From assembly GCA_044226325.1 (NCBI GenBank), contig JBGAHG010000033.1:12932-76931 (forward strand): a DNA stretch of 64,000 bases, written 5' to 3'. The notes under the pieces were generated by a model. That model was not told the DNA's origin. It did no database searches and saw nothing but the letters and a program-made list of their open reading frames with translations. Both the position numbers and the translations under genes were made by a program. This document shows positions 28,953 through 37,552 of this stretch, one piece after another; positions within the stretch are counted from its first letter, which is position 1, and every line of letters starts with the position of its first letter. Origin of the DNA: Aggregatilineales bacterium. GTDB lineage: Bacteria; Chloroflexota; Anaerolineae; Aggregatilineales; Phototrophicaceae.

Positions 28953-30050
28953 ATGGCGATCAATGACGTTCTTCAGGCGCAGCGCATGTTCATGGATTCG
29001 CTCTTGGCAAAGCCCAACGTTGTGGGTGTAGCGGTGGGTCTAAAAAACGGCGTGGGCGACCCATCAGTCGTTGTTTTGGTACAGCGCAAAGTACCGGTAG
29101 CCGCGCTCAGTGTGGCCGAATCCGTACCCAAAGAAGTCGACGGCGTAAAAACCGATGTGGTCGAAATTGGCTACGTCCGTGCTTACGATAGTCCGCGCGA
29201 TCGCTTTCGTCCCGAAATCCCAAGTGGTGTCAGTATTGGTCACTACAAGGTAACAGCCGGTACGCTCGGCACCATTGTCACAGATCGTACCACCGGTGAA
29301 AAACTCATTCTCTCCAACAATCACGTACTTGCCAATAGTAACGACTCGCTTGTTGGCGATGCCATTCTCCAACCCGGTTCAGCGGATGGTGGTCAAAATC
29401 CGGCTGATATGGTGGCACGCCTTGAGCGCTTCGTCACCTTACGCTATGTTGATGACCCCGACACTCCAGTGCCTACGCCCAGCCCGACACCCATACCAAC
29501 GCCAACCCCTGGTACTCCCGGCAGTTGCAGTGCGGTGAACACGGTCGTAGCTGTCGTCAATGCTGCTGCTGCGCTTGTTGGCTCACATCAACGGGTAGCA
29601 CCTGCTAGTGTCGTTACCCCGACGAGGCCGCAGGCCGTCAGTACCGTCAATGCGGTCGCCCAAACACCTTCCAACGAAGTTGATTGCGCCCTTGCCAAGC
29701 CCCTTGATCCCACCAAGTTCACCGGTGAAATTTTAGGTATTGGTCAGGTACACGGTACAAAGCCCGCTGCTTTAGGCATGGCTGTTCGTAAATCAGGCCG
29801 TACCACTGGCTTCACTACTGGCACGATTACCTTGTTGAATGCCACGGTCAATGTGGCCTATGGCAATCGCACCGCCCGCTTTACCGGCCAAATTATCACT
29901 ACCCCTATGAGTCAGGGCGGCGATTCCGGTTCGCTCCTGGTTGATGGTAGTTCAAATGTAGCCGTTGGGCTGTTATTCGCTGGCTCCGACCAATCGACCA
30001 TTTTTAATCCTATTGATGCTGTCTTAAGTGCGTTGCAGATCAACCTCTAG
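28953..30050 (+). CDS. Trypsin-like (S1, Nal1-like) serine protease with N-terminal prodomain
   Basis: AGTLG; catalytic triad LSNNHV / EVDCA / GGDSGS; VGLLFAG; no signal peptide. Confidence 0.88.
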   Translation: MAINDVLQAQRMFMDSLLAKPNVVGVAVGLKNGVGDPSVVVLVQRKVPVAALSVAESVPKEVDGVKTDVVEIGYVRAYDSPRDRFRPEIPSGVSIGHYKVTAGTLGTIVTDRTTGEKLILSNNHVLANSNDSLVGDAILQPGSADGGQNPADMVARLERFVTLRYVDDPDTPVPTPSPTPIPTPTPGTPGSCSAVNTVVAVVNAAAALVGSHQRVAPASVVTPTRPQAVSTVNAVAQTPSNEVDCALAKPLDPTKFTGEILGIGQVHGTKPAALGMAVRKSGRTTGFTTGTITLLNATVNVAYGNRTARFTGQIITTPMSQGGDSGSLLVDGSSNVAVGLLFAGSDQSTIFNPIDAVLSALQINL

Positions 30051-30077
30051 CGCCAATGTTTTTATAAGGAGCTTAGC

Positions 30078-30338
30078 ATGTCACAGGATGAAAAGACCGC
30101 CAAAGCAACTTTGGTTCAAAAAAAATACACTGAAATGCTGCTCAAAATCCCCCATGTGATGGGTGTAGCGGTTGGTTTGGAGAAGAAAAACGGCGCTTAT
30201 ACTGGCGACATTTGCCTCGTTGTCATGGTGGATAAAAAGCGATCCGGCGCTGATCTCGCTCCACAGGACATCATCCCGTCTGAATTAGACGGCGTTCATG
30301 TTGATGTCCAGGAAATTGGCATCCCCACTGCTTATTGA
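30078..30338 (+). CDS. Stand-alone homolog of the upstream protease's N-terminal domain
   Basis: LLKIPHVMGVAVG...VVMVDKK...IPSELDGVHVDVQEIG aligns with the protease's LLAKPNVVGVAVG...VVLVQRK...VPKEVDGVKTDVVEIG; SD AAGGAG. Confidence 0.85.
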   Translation: MSQDEKTAKATLVQKKYTEMLLKIPHVMGVAVGLEKKNGAYTGDICLVVMVDKKRSGADLAPQDIIPSELDGVHVDVQEIGIPTAY

Positions 30339-30353
30339 TTGTCTCTTGTTTTT

Positions 30354-30386
30354 AAGTCCCCTCTCTATGAAATGGATAGGGGACTT
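30354..30386. repeat. Intergenic palindrome (possible terminator or second repeat family)
   Basis: AAGTCCCCT..(loop)..AGGGGACTT between convergent genes. Confidence 0.55.
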
Positions 30387-30405
30387 CGGGCAAAGGATTG
30401 CTCTG

Positions 30406-31191
30406 TTATCTCTCGTCAGCCGCCCCTTTGAAGTAATTTCCGCCGCCCATGCCCAGTGCTTCACTCATCGGGCGCATCCACACCATAAATACCCGTGATT
30501 TCGGTGGCTGTGTCGCAGCAAAGACCACCGCATCGGCTATATCTTCCGAGTCATGATAAGTATTCAGCACTGGATCACCCGGCGTGCGCGTCCCTGTATC
30601 AAAGCCGAAATAGGTATTCGTCCCACCGGGAGCAATCACGCTCACCTTGACGTTATTGGGGTAGGCTTCATAATCAATTGATTGGGCAAATCCCATTTGT
30701 GCGAATTTGGTCGAGCAGTATATCGGTTCGTTAGGCAACCCATTGATGCCCGCAACCGAACTCACGAAGATCACTGAACCCGATTTCCGTGTGATCATAG
30801 GCGGGAAGAACGCCTTCGTACACAACCATGTTGATCGCATGTTGGTGTTCATGATATGGTCGTAGTCGGCTGTCGTTAATGTTGAAACGGTACCGTTTTT
30901 GCCCGTTCCCGCGTTATTGACCAGAATATCGACTACGCCGAACGTCTTAAAGGCCTCCGCAGCCAGTCTGTCAACGTCCGCCTCATTACTCACGTCTGCC
31001 GCTGTAACCAATACCCGAACGCCGTTGCCCAACGCCCTAATTTCAGACGCCAATGAGTCAAGATCCGATTTGGTGCGTGATGTAATCACCACATTTGCGC
31101 CCTCACGCGCTAATGCCAGTGCGCTTGCCCGACCAATGCCTTTGCCTGCGCCTGTCACCACTGCGGTTTTGCCTGCTAATCGTTCCGCCAT
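30406..31191 (-). CDS. SDR family oxidoreductase
   Basis: TGAGKGIG, NNAG, catalytic YCSTK. Confidence 0.93.
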   Translation of the reverse strand: MAERLAGKTAVVTGAGKGIGRASALALAREGANVVITSRTKSDLDSLASEIRALGNGVRVLVTAADVSNEADVDRLAAEAFKTFGVVDILVNNAGTGKNGTVSTLTTADYDHIMNTNMRSTWLCTKAFFPPMITRKSGSVIFVSSVAGINGLPNEPIYCSTKFAQMGFAQSIDYEAYPNNVKVSVIAPGGTNTYFGFDTGTRTPGDPVLNTYHDSEDIADAVVFAATQPPKSRVFMVWMRPMSEALGMGGGNYFKGAADER

Positions 31192-31383
31192 AATTTGCTC
31201 CTTTTAAATAATGATTTATCTTGCCAGTATAACCATGATTCGATAGTTTGAACGAGTGAAATAGTCAGGTGTTTTCTTCTTGCCTGCACTCATCTGGTTC
31301 TCACCCATAAAGTGCCTTTTTTCCATATAATTGCAAACATTCACTTTCTTGCGAGGAAGTCCCTGTCGAATAATATGCAAAGG

Positions 31384-32430
31384 ATGTTAACAGTGACGCG
31401 AAGAATTGGTTTTTGGATATTGATTATGCTCTTACTGTCGGGTGTTGCCTCCGTAGTGGCGGCACAGGATGAGCCTGTTGCCAGTAAGTTGAATAATCCG
31501 CGCCACATTGCTTTTGACACTGACGGAACACTTTACATAGCCGAAGCTGGTCAAGGTGGTGATTCGGATGGCAAAGGACCTTATGGCGCAGTCAAATTTG
31601 GAGAAACCGGACAAATTTCAGCCCTCAGTCCCGATGGTGAACAAGCCGTTATCATTCCCAATCTTATAAGTATGGATGTGGGTGGCGAAATCGAAGGTGT
31701 AACCTCCATTTATCCAACCGAGGATAGCATTTGGGCGACCTTAGGCATGGGAATTGTAGAGGGTTTGAAAGACGGTCAGCATGTATCAGCCATTGTCCAA
31801 TATGACAAGAAAACCGGTGAAGTCAAGCAGGTCATTGATTTGGGTGCGTTCGAAACTCAGAATAACCCGGACAAAGGTTCAGAACTGGTTTCCAACCCTG
31901 CGGCACTGGCGTTCGATAAAGAAGGTAAGCTGTATATTGCTGATGCCAGCGCCAACGACATCCTGACATGGACAGAAAAAGATGGGCTACAAGTCTTTGC
32001 CGTTTGGCCCGCCGAGCAAGGTAAAACACAATCTGTACCAACCTCACTGGCAATCAGCCCTGATGGTGATATTAATGTCGGTTTCCTCAGCGGTTTTCCC
32101 TACGATCCGAATACTGCGCGCATTGAAATGCTGGGTACAGATGGCAAGCTAAAGAAAACCTTTAGCAACCTTACTTTAGTGACTGATATTCTGTTGACCG
32201 CTGATGGAACGCTGTACGCCGTTCAACTATCTGATGTTTATGGCGATGCAGGCTTTAATCTCGATAAGGGCAGTGTGGTCAAGGTTACGGATAACGGTTC
32301 GGAAGTTGTCGCGGATAACCTCAACTCCCCTTATGGCATTGCGCAATCCAAAGACGGCCAACTTTTCGTTTCCACTAATGCGCTCGGTGCAACTGATTCC
32401 GGATCGGTAATAATTGTCGGCGGAGCGTAA
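31384..32430 (+). CDS. Secreted ScyD/ScyE-family beta-propeller protein
   Basis: Signal peptide ending AAQD; LNNPRHIAF..DGTLYIAEAG.GG; ETQNNPD; YIADASANDIL; VPT..FLSGFP. Start position uncertain. Confidence 0.8.
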   Translation: MLTVTRRIGFWILIMLLLSGVASVVAAQDEPVASKLNNPRHIAFDTDGTLYIAEAGQGGDSDGKGPYGAVKFGETGQISALSPDGEQAVIIPNLISMDVGGEIEGVTSIYPTEDSIWATLGMGIVEGLKDGQHVSAIVQYDKKTGEVKQVIDLGAFETQNNPDKGSELVSNPAALAFDKEGKLYIADASANDILTWTEKDGLQVFAVWPAEQGKTQSVPTSLAISPDGDINVGFLSGFPYDPNTARIEMLGTDGKLKKTFSNLTLVTDILLTADGTLYAVQLSDVYGDAGFNLDKGSVVKVTDNGSEVVADNLNSPYGIAQSKDGQLFVSTNALGATDSGSVIIVGGA

Positions 32431-32540
32431 TTTTAGAGATAGATGAGTAATTATCTACAAATAGCTTCACTGTAGAAACCCTCTGCTATTATGTGGCGCA
32501 GGGTTTTATAACCATCACCGATCAATCACTTGGAGGACAA

Positions 32541-33524
32541 ATGTCACGTCGTACTTTGAACATTCTGGGTATCCTGATTTTAATGGGTATCACTGCGGTA
32601 ATTAGCATCTTTGCCTATATTTATTTTGTGGGTGGTTCAGGCGAGGCGACCGTGCCACTGTCGGCCCCTACCCTTGATTTGTCTACGGCTACCCCTAACG
32701 CTTTGGAAACACAGATTGCTGACTTGCAGGCGACCAATGCGGCGTTGAGCACTGCTGTCGCAGGAGCCGCTAAGCCAACAACCGAGGCGACGGCGGAAGC
32801 CACAACCGCGATGGAAAGCACTGCTGAAACGACCGCCGACGCTACATCCTCTTCCTCAACGGTAAAAGCCACTGCCGTACCGACGGCTGATGCTACCCTG
32901 GAAGCTACAGCCGAAGTGACTGTCGGTGCCGAAGCCGCTGCTGCGGTACAGGCTGCTGCTGCCGCGCAAGCTGCTGCTGCCGGTATGCTCTATCGTATTG
33001 ATACGGCTGGTTCACTGGTTAGCTTCACGTTGACCGAAGATTTGCGCAGTCAGCCTACCACTGTCGTTGGCACGACCGATCAGGTTGCCGGTGATATATT
33101 TGTGGACTTTGCGACGCCTGCCAATTCCAAGATGGGTGTCATTCGCATTAATGCGCGTACGCTCGTCACCGATCAGGAATTCCGCAATCGTGCTATTCGC
33201 AGCAATATTCTTCAGTCATCAAACGATAAATACCAATTTATCGAATTCACCCCGACAGCCATCACTGGCTTACCTGACAAGGTTGCAATGGGTTCGACTA
33301 TCAAGTTCAAGGTAACGGGTGATCTCAAAATCCGTGACATCGTTCAGTCCGTCACTTTTGATGTTGCTGTCACTGCTGGTACGGATTCGCTAACGGGTTC
33401 TGCGACCACACAGGTTACGCGTGACCAGTTTAATCTGCAAATTCCGAATGCTCCCGGCGTTGCCAATGTCAGCAATGATGTTGTCTTGGACATCAAGTTC
33501 ACTGCCCCGAAGGTTGCTCAGTAG
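32541..33524 (+). CDS. Membrane-anchored YceI-family lipid/isoprenoid-binding protein
   Basis: N-terminal TM and E/A/T-rich stalk, then YRIDTAGSLVSF...RNRAI...GDLKIRD...VTFDV YceI barrel; SD GGAGG. Confidence 0.85.
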   Translation: MSRRTLNILGILILMGITAVISIFAYIYFVGGSGEATVPLSAPTLDLSTATPNALETQIADLQATNAALSTAVAGAAKPTTEATAEATTAMESTAETTADATSSSSTVKATAVPTADATLEATAEVTVGAEAAAAVQAAAAAQAAAAGMLYRIDTAGSLVSFTLTEDLRSQPTTVVGTTDQVAGDIFVDFATPANSKMGVIRINARTLVTDQEFRNRAIRSNILQSSNDKYQFIEFTPTAITGLPDKVAMGSTIKFKVTGDLKIRDIVQSVTFDVAVTAGTDSLTGSATTQVTRDQFNLQIPNAPGVANVSNDVVLDIKFTAPKVAQ

Positions 33525-33553
33525 AAACGCCTCATAGCCAATTTGTTTTGTAG

Positions 33554-33577
33554 GTAGGGCACACAACCGTGTGCCCT
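33554..33577 (+). repeat. GTAG-type REP / terminator-like hairpin
   Basis: GT-AGGGCACAC-aacc-GTGTGCCCT followed by a T-rich tract. Confidence 0.6.
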
Positions 33578-33644
33578 CTTATTTTGTCTGATTTCCGCAT
33601 TATAATGGGAAGAAGTAACTTGTATTTTTGATGAAGGAACATCC

Positions 33645-34373
33645 GTGCCGCGTATTTTTATTTCCTATCGCCGCAGTGATAGCGCAGCTGTCAGCGGACG
33701 CATTTATGACCGTCTGTGTGTTGCCTTCGGTGAAAAAGCGGTTTTTAAGGATGTAGATGTTATTCCACCCGGCGCGAACTACCCTTCTTTACTGAACGAA
33801 GCCATCGCTAATTGTGATGTGCTCCTGGCGATCATTGGATCACATTGGCTAACGGCTGTTGAAAGTAATGGTCAGCGCCGCCTCGATAACCCTGACGATT
33901 TTGTCCGCATCGAGATTGAAGCTGCTCTCAAGCGGGACGCTGTGTTGGTGATCCCTATATTGGTGGATGATGCCGGTATGCCGTCCACCACGGATTTGCC
34001 CGACACGTTACGCCCTTTGTATTATCGCAACGCTGCCATTGTCCGCAATGATCCTGATTTTAACCGTGATGTGGCGCGCTTAATGACGACTATCCGCGAC
34101 CATTTCCCGCCTACAGATGAGGAATTGCAGGCAGCACTACAGGCTCAACCCGCGCAGGTTATTGCGCCGGCTAAACCCAAGTTTGTCCTGCCTTGGACGG
34201 GGATACTTGTGGGTGTGTTGATCGTTATCAGCGTATTGGCAACTTTGCGACTGATGGATCGTGTTATCTCTCGGATTTACGACAATAACGCCACTGCAAC
34301 CGCGATTGTATTGACTAAATCTATTCCATCCGGCACATTAACACAATCACCTCTCGCAACCATCACACCCTGA
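33645..34373 (+). CDS. TIR domain protein with C-terminal TM helix
   Basis: IFISYRRSDS, VFKDVDVIPPG, DFVRIEIEAAL, VIPILV; TM WTGILVGVLIVISVLATL. Confidence 0.88.
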   Translation: MPRIFISYRRSDSAAVSGRIYDRLCVAFGEKAVFKDVDVIPPGANYPSLLNEAIANCDVLLAIIGSHWLTAVESNGQRRLDNPDDFVRIEIEAALKRDAVLVIPILVDDAGMPSTTDLPDTLRPLYYRNAAIVRNDPDFNRDVARLMTTIRDHFPPTDEELQAALQAQPAQVIAPAKPKFVLPWTGILVGVLIVISVLATLRLMDRVISRIYDNNATATAIVLTKSIPSGTLTQSPLATITP

Positions 34374-34389
34374 TTCTGTTTTAATACAG

Positions 34390-35130
34390 TTACTTCACTT
34401 TTAGCACAAACACGCCCCAGCCCAAATAACGACGGCTGTATTCCAAATAATCGCGTTTGCTGGCTGTGACCCATTCACGCAATGGCTCGGCATCCGGATC
34501 AAGTGGATTGTTTTGCAACCACGTATCTACCGTCCACCACTGTGCGGCGATATACCGATCCCAACTATGAGGAGTAGAGTGTACCATTTCGACCAGTTTT
34601 AAGCCTGTTGCTTCCAGGCGGTCAAGCGTGCCGATTAAGGTTGTGAAATCATCCTTGCCGATGTTAGAGGAGGTGTATGCCTCTTCGGGTGGGGTTTCGT
34701 TCCAGTACGGTTCACCGATTAGTAGTAGACCACCTGGCTTGAGTGATGGCAGCATCAGTTTGACTGTTCCGGCCAAACCTTCACCGATCCACGTTGCACC
34801 GATGCAGCTGACGACATCAAATTGTTCGCCTTGCGTTGAAAACTTCCCCGCGTCAGCCTCAATAAACGTAAGCCGGTGCTGAACATTAAGCTCAACGGCA
34901 CGATGGCGTGCTGCCTTCAGAAAAACCTTGCTAATATCCACACCAACGCCCTGAATACCCCATTCTAGTGACCATTGGCATAGCATTTCACCTTTACCAC
35001 AGGCCAAATCAAGTTGCCGCATATGGGGTTGGAGCCGGCAGACCTCACCGAGCAGCATCAGATCAGATTGCCTAAATGGATTGAGGATGCGGTGGTTACC
35101 TTCTGATATTTCGTGAAATCGCAGCGACAT
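34390..35130 (-). CDS. Class I SAM-dependent methyltransferase (YjhP-like)
   Basis: HRILNP, LDLACGKGEMLC, CIGATWIG, LLIGEPYW, YLGWGVF. Confidence 0.88.
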   Translation of the reverse strand: MSLRFHEISEGNHRILNPFRQSDLMLLGEVCRLQPHMRQLDLACGKGEMLCQWSLEWGIQGVGVDISKVFLKAARHRAVELNVQHRLTFIEADAGKFSTQGEQFDVVSCIGATWIGEGLAGTVKLMLPSLKPGGLLLIGEPYWNETPPEEAYTSSNIGKDDFTTLIGTLDRLEATGLKLVEMVHSTPHSWDRYIAAQWWTVDTWLQNNPLDPDAEPLREWVTASKRDYLEYSRRYLGWGVFVLKVK

Positions 35131-35389
35131 AGGAGAATACTCCGTTTAGTAATTATTCTATTCGTGGGCTGAAAAAGAGGTGAATGGGACTGAATGATGT
35201 GAAAGCGTAATGCACAGCATAAATTACCAGCCGTTATAGTATATTTTTTAGACGATGCGTTGATTATAGCCCGACTCGAGTCACTTAATGAGCCGCCCAA
35301 ATTCATGTAGCATTAGTTACTTTTATACTTTTTTTCAAAAAGCGATGTTAGGATAGACTTTTGTAATGAGTTGGGTTCAAAATGTACTT

Positions 35390-36025
35390 ATGATTCGCAA
35401 ATTCTTTCACGACAATCGGTTGACACTTACTATCGCTTTAGCTGCGTTGGTGATATTGCCTCTGCTTGCTGCATTGGTATCCTCTAATGATTCAACACCT
35501 ATTACTCCAACTGCGATTTCTGTTGTGGGTGTGCCATTTCCAAAAAATTATCGGCTAGAATTTACCCGTTACGCGACCGTTCAGCGTCCGGATGGCACTA
35601 TCCGCGATTTATATATTAATCCAACTGGCCTCGCGGCTATGCGGTCCTACTATACGCTTCCGGTTGGTACAGTCATTGTGATTGAAGGTTATAACGCGCT
35701 GAAAAATGCAGATGGAAGCTTCGTCACGGATACGGATGGTCATTTCGTCAAAGGTGAACCGCTGCCCGCTGTCCATGTCCGTGAAAAGCGCTCGTACTGG
35801 ACAGCCGCTGATTACACCAGCAGTGCCCGTAACGACGGCTGGAATTTCGGCTCATTTGATGCGAATGGTGCGATCTACAATGAAAGCCTGAATGCCTGCT
35901 TTCTTTGTCACAACACGGCTCCAGCAGATTTCACATATTCGGTTCAGTTAATCGGAGATTATTTGCAGTCTGGTGAGCCTGAATATTTCATGTGCCACAC
36001 GACCGGACGTACGGCTTGCGAATAA
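35390..36025 (+). CDS. Cytochrome P460 / c'-beta family c-type cytochrome
   Basis: N-terminal TM or signal; FPKNYR, LPVGTVIVIE, WNFGSF; C-terminal CFLCH. Confidence 0.78.
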   Translation: MIRKFFHDNRLTLTIALAALVILPLLAALVSSNDSTPITPTAISVVGVPFPKNYRLEFTRYATVQRPDGTIRDLYINPTGLAAMRSYYTLPVGTVIVIEGYNALKNADGSFVTDTDGHFVKGEPLPAVHVREKRSYWTAADYTSSARNDGWNFGSFDANGAIYNESLNACFLCHNTAPADFTYSVQLIGDYLQSGEPEYFMCHTTGRTACE

Positions 36026-36026
36026 G

Positions 36027-36482
36027 CTAGATCATGAATTTGCGCTCGACCAGCAGCCCGTCTGTGCTGTAAAAACCTTCGCTATCGGCCTGCAAAATTC
36101 CGCGCCGGTTAGCGAATAACCAATCCCACAGCGGGTCGAATAGGGCAAAGGTCGCTTCGGAGTTCGTGCCTTCCCAAAACATCTCGACTGCAATGATTTG
36201 TGTGGCAGCCGCTAAGGTGGTGGTTACCAGGCATTCTTCCTGTGTAGTGGCTGTACCTAACATCTCCATGAAGGCGCTGATGTCATCCTCAAACAGTTCG
36301 TCGCCGGGTGTATTAATCTCAATTTGCCCGTACAACTTGCTGTCATAAACCACCTCGACCAATTCATCCAAATCGGTTGGGCGCATCACATAGCGCGAGT
36401 CGATTGCGTTTAGAGCCTGACCAATGATGGCAAGGCTCAAAGGTCGTTCGTCCGCCGAGATGAACCGCATGTAGTAGCCCAT
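36027..36482 (-). CDS. Hypothetical protein
   Basis: 151-aa acidic ORF 7 bp downstream of the M42 peptidase. Confidence 0.75.
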   Translation of the reverse strand: MGYYMRFISADERPLSLAIIGQALNAIDSRYVMRPTDLDELVEVVYDSKLYGQIEINTPGDELFEDDISAFMEMLGTATTQEECLVTTTLAAATQIIAVEMFWEGTNSEATFALFDPLWDWLFANRRGILQADSEGFYSTDGLLVERKFMI

Positions 36483-36489
36483 ATTTGTC

Positions 36490-37533
36490 CTATCGAGGTA
36501 TAAAGTCTGTATCTGCCGTCAGTGATTGTACAAATGTGGCAATCAGCCGTGCTGCGTGTTCAACATCGCTCATCTGGATCATCTCGTTGGGTGAGTGCAT
36601 GTATCGATTAGGGATGGATACCACGCCTACTGCTACACCCGTTCGTGCATAATGAATGGCATCAGCATCGGTTGCAGAACGCGCGGGATTAACCTTCACG
36701 GTATATGGAATCCCCGCTTTGTCCGCAATATCCAGCAAACGTTGATGCACCACGGGGCTGTTGACTGATCCTGCCGCAATCACTGGCCCGCCGCTGAGCT
36801 TGGCTTCACCTGCCAGTTTCTTATTGGCGGTTGGATAATCGGTAGCATGGGTCACATCGACCACAATTGCCGCATCCGGTTCGAAGCTGAAGGCCGCTGT
36901 GTGCGCCCCCGCAAACGTGATTTCTTCCTGTGCAGTAGCGACGGCTGCCACTGTTGCAATCGGGCGTTCTTTAGACAACAGCCGCAGCGCTTCAAGTACG
37001 GTATAAGCCCCGATACGATTATCGATACTGCGGGACACTATGCGTCCGTTCGGCAGTTCATACATGCTGGCGTCAATCACACCCACTGTGCCAATTCGTA
37101 TTAGGTCAAATGCGGCTTGCCGGCTGGTTACACCAATATCGATCCATAAATCTTCGATGGTGCTGGAACCTTCATCCTTTTTCATCAGGTGAATCGGCTT
37201 CTTACCAATCACGCCAATGACGTCACCCTGCTTGCCCAGCAGACGGATGCGCTGCCCGACTAAGACCTGTGCATCCCAGCCGCCCACTCCGGCAAAGGAT
37301 ACGAAACCATCATCATCAACGAAGCTGACAATGAGACCGATTTCATCAATGTGTCCTGCTAGCAGCACACGTGGTCGGTCACCCTTCAATACCGCGAATG
37401 AATTGCCTCGTACATCGGTGAGCACTTCGTCGGCGAAGCCTGCTGCCTCATCGCGCCAGACACGCGCTGGTGCAACTTCCTGTGAGGATGGCCCCGGCGC
37501 ATTCAACAAACGCTTCAAAAAATCGATGCTCAT
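36490..37533 (-). CDS. M42 family metallopeptidase (TET aminopeptidase)
   Basis: GHIDEIG, DNRIG, QEEI, VDVTHA, RYMHSP metal ligands. Confidence 0.93.
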   Translation of the reverse strand: MSIDFLKRLLNAPGPSSQEVAPARVWRDEAAGFADEVLTDVRGNSFAVLKGDRPRVLLAGHIDEIGLIVSFVDDDGFVSFAGVGGWDAQVLVGQRIRLLGKQGDVIGVIGKKPIHLMKKDEGSSTIEDLWIDIGVTSRQAAFDLIRIGTVGVIDASMYELPNGRIVSRSIDNRIGAYTVLEALRLLSKERPIATVAAVATAQEEITFAGAHTAAFSFEPDAAIVVDVTHATDYPTANKKLAGEAKLSGGPVIAAGSVNSPVVHQRLLDIADKAGIPYTVKVNPARSATDADAIHYARTGVAVGVVSIPNRYMHSPNEMIQMSDVEHAARLIATFVQSLTADTDFIPR

Positions 37534-37552
37534 ACGTCCCCCTTAAAACCGT

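Noticed and set aside
16328-34373. Macro domain plus TIR as a Thoeris-like defence system
   Set aside because: The genes are 17 kb apart, the macro protein is an ordinary stand-alone YmdB type, and there is no SIR2/SLOG or TM-macro partner.
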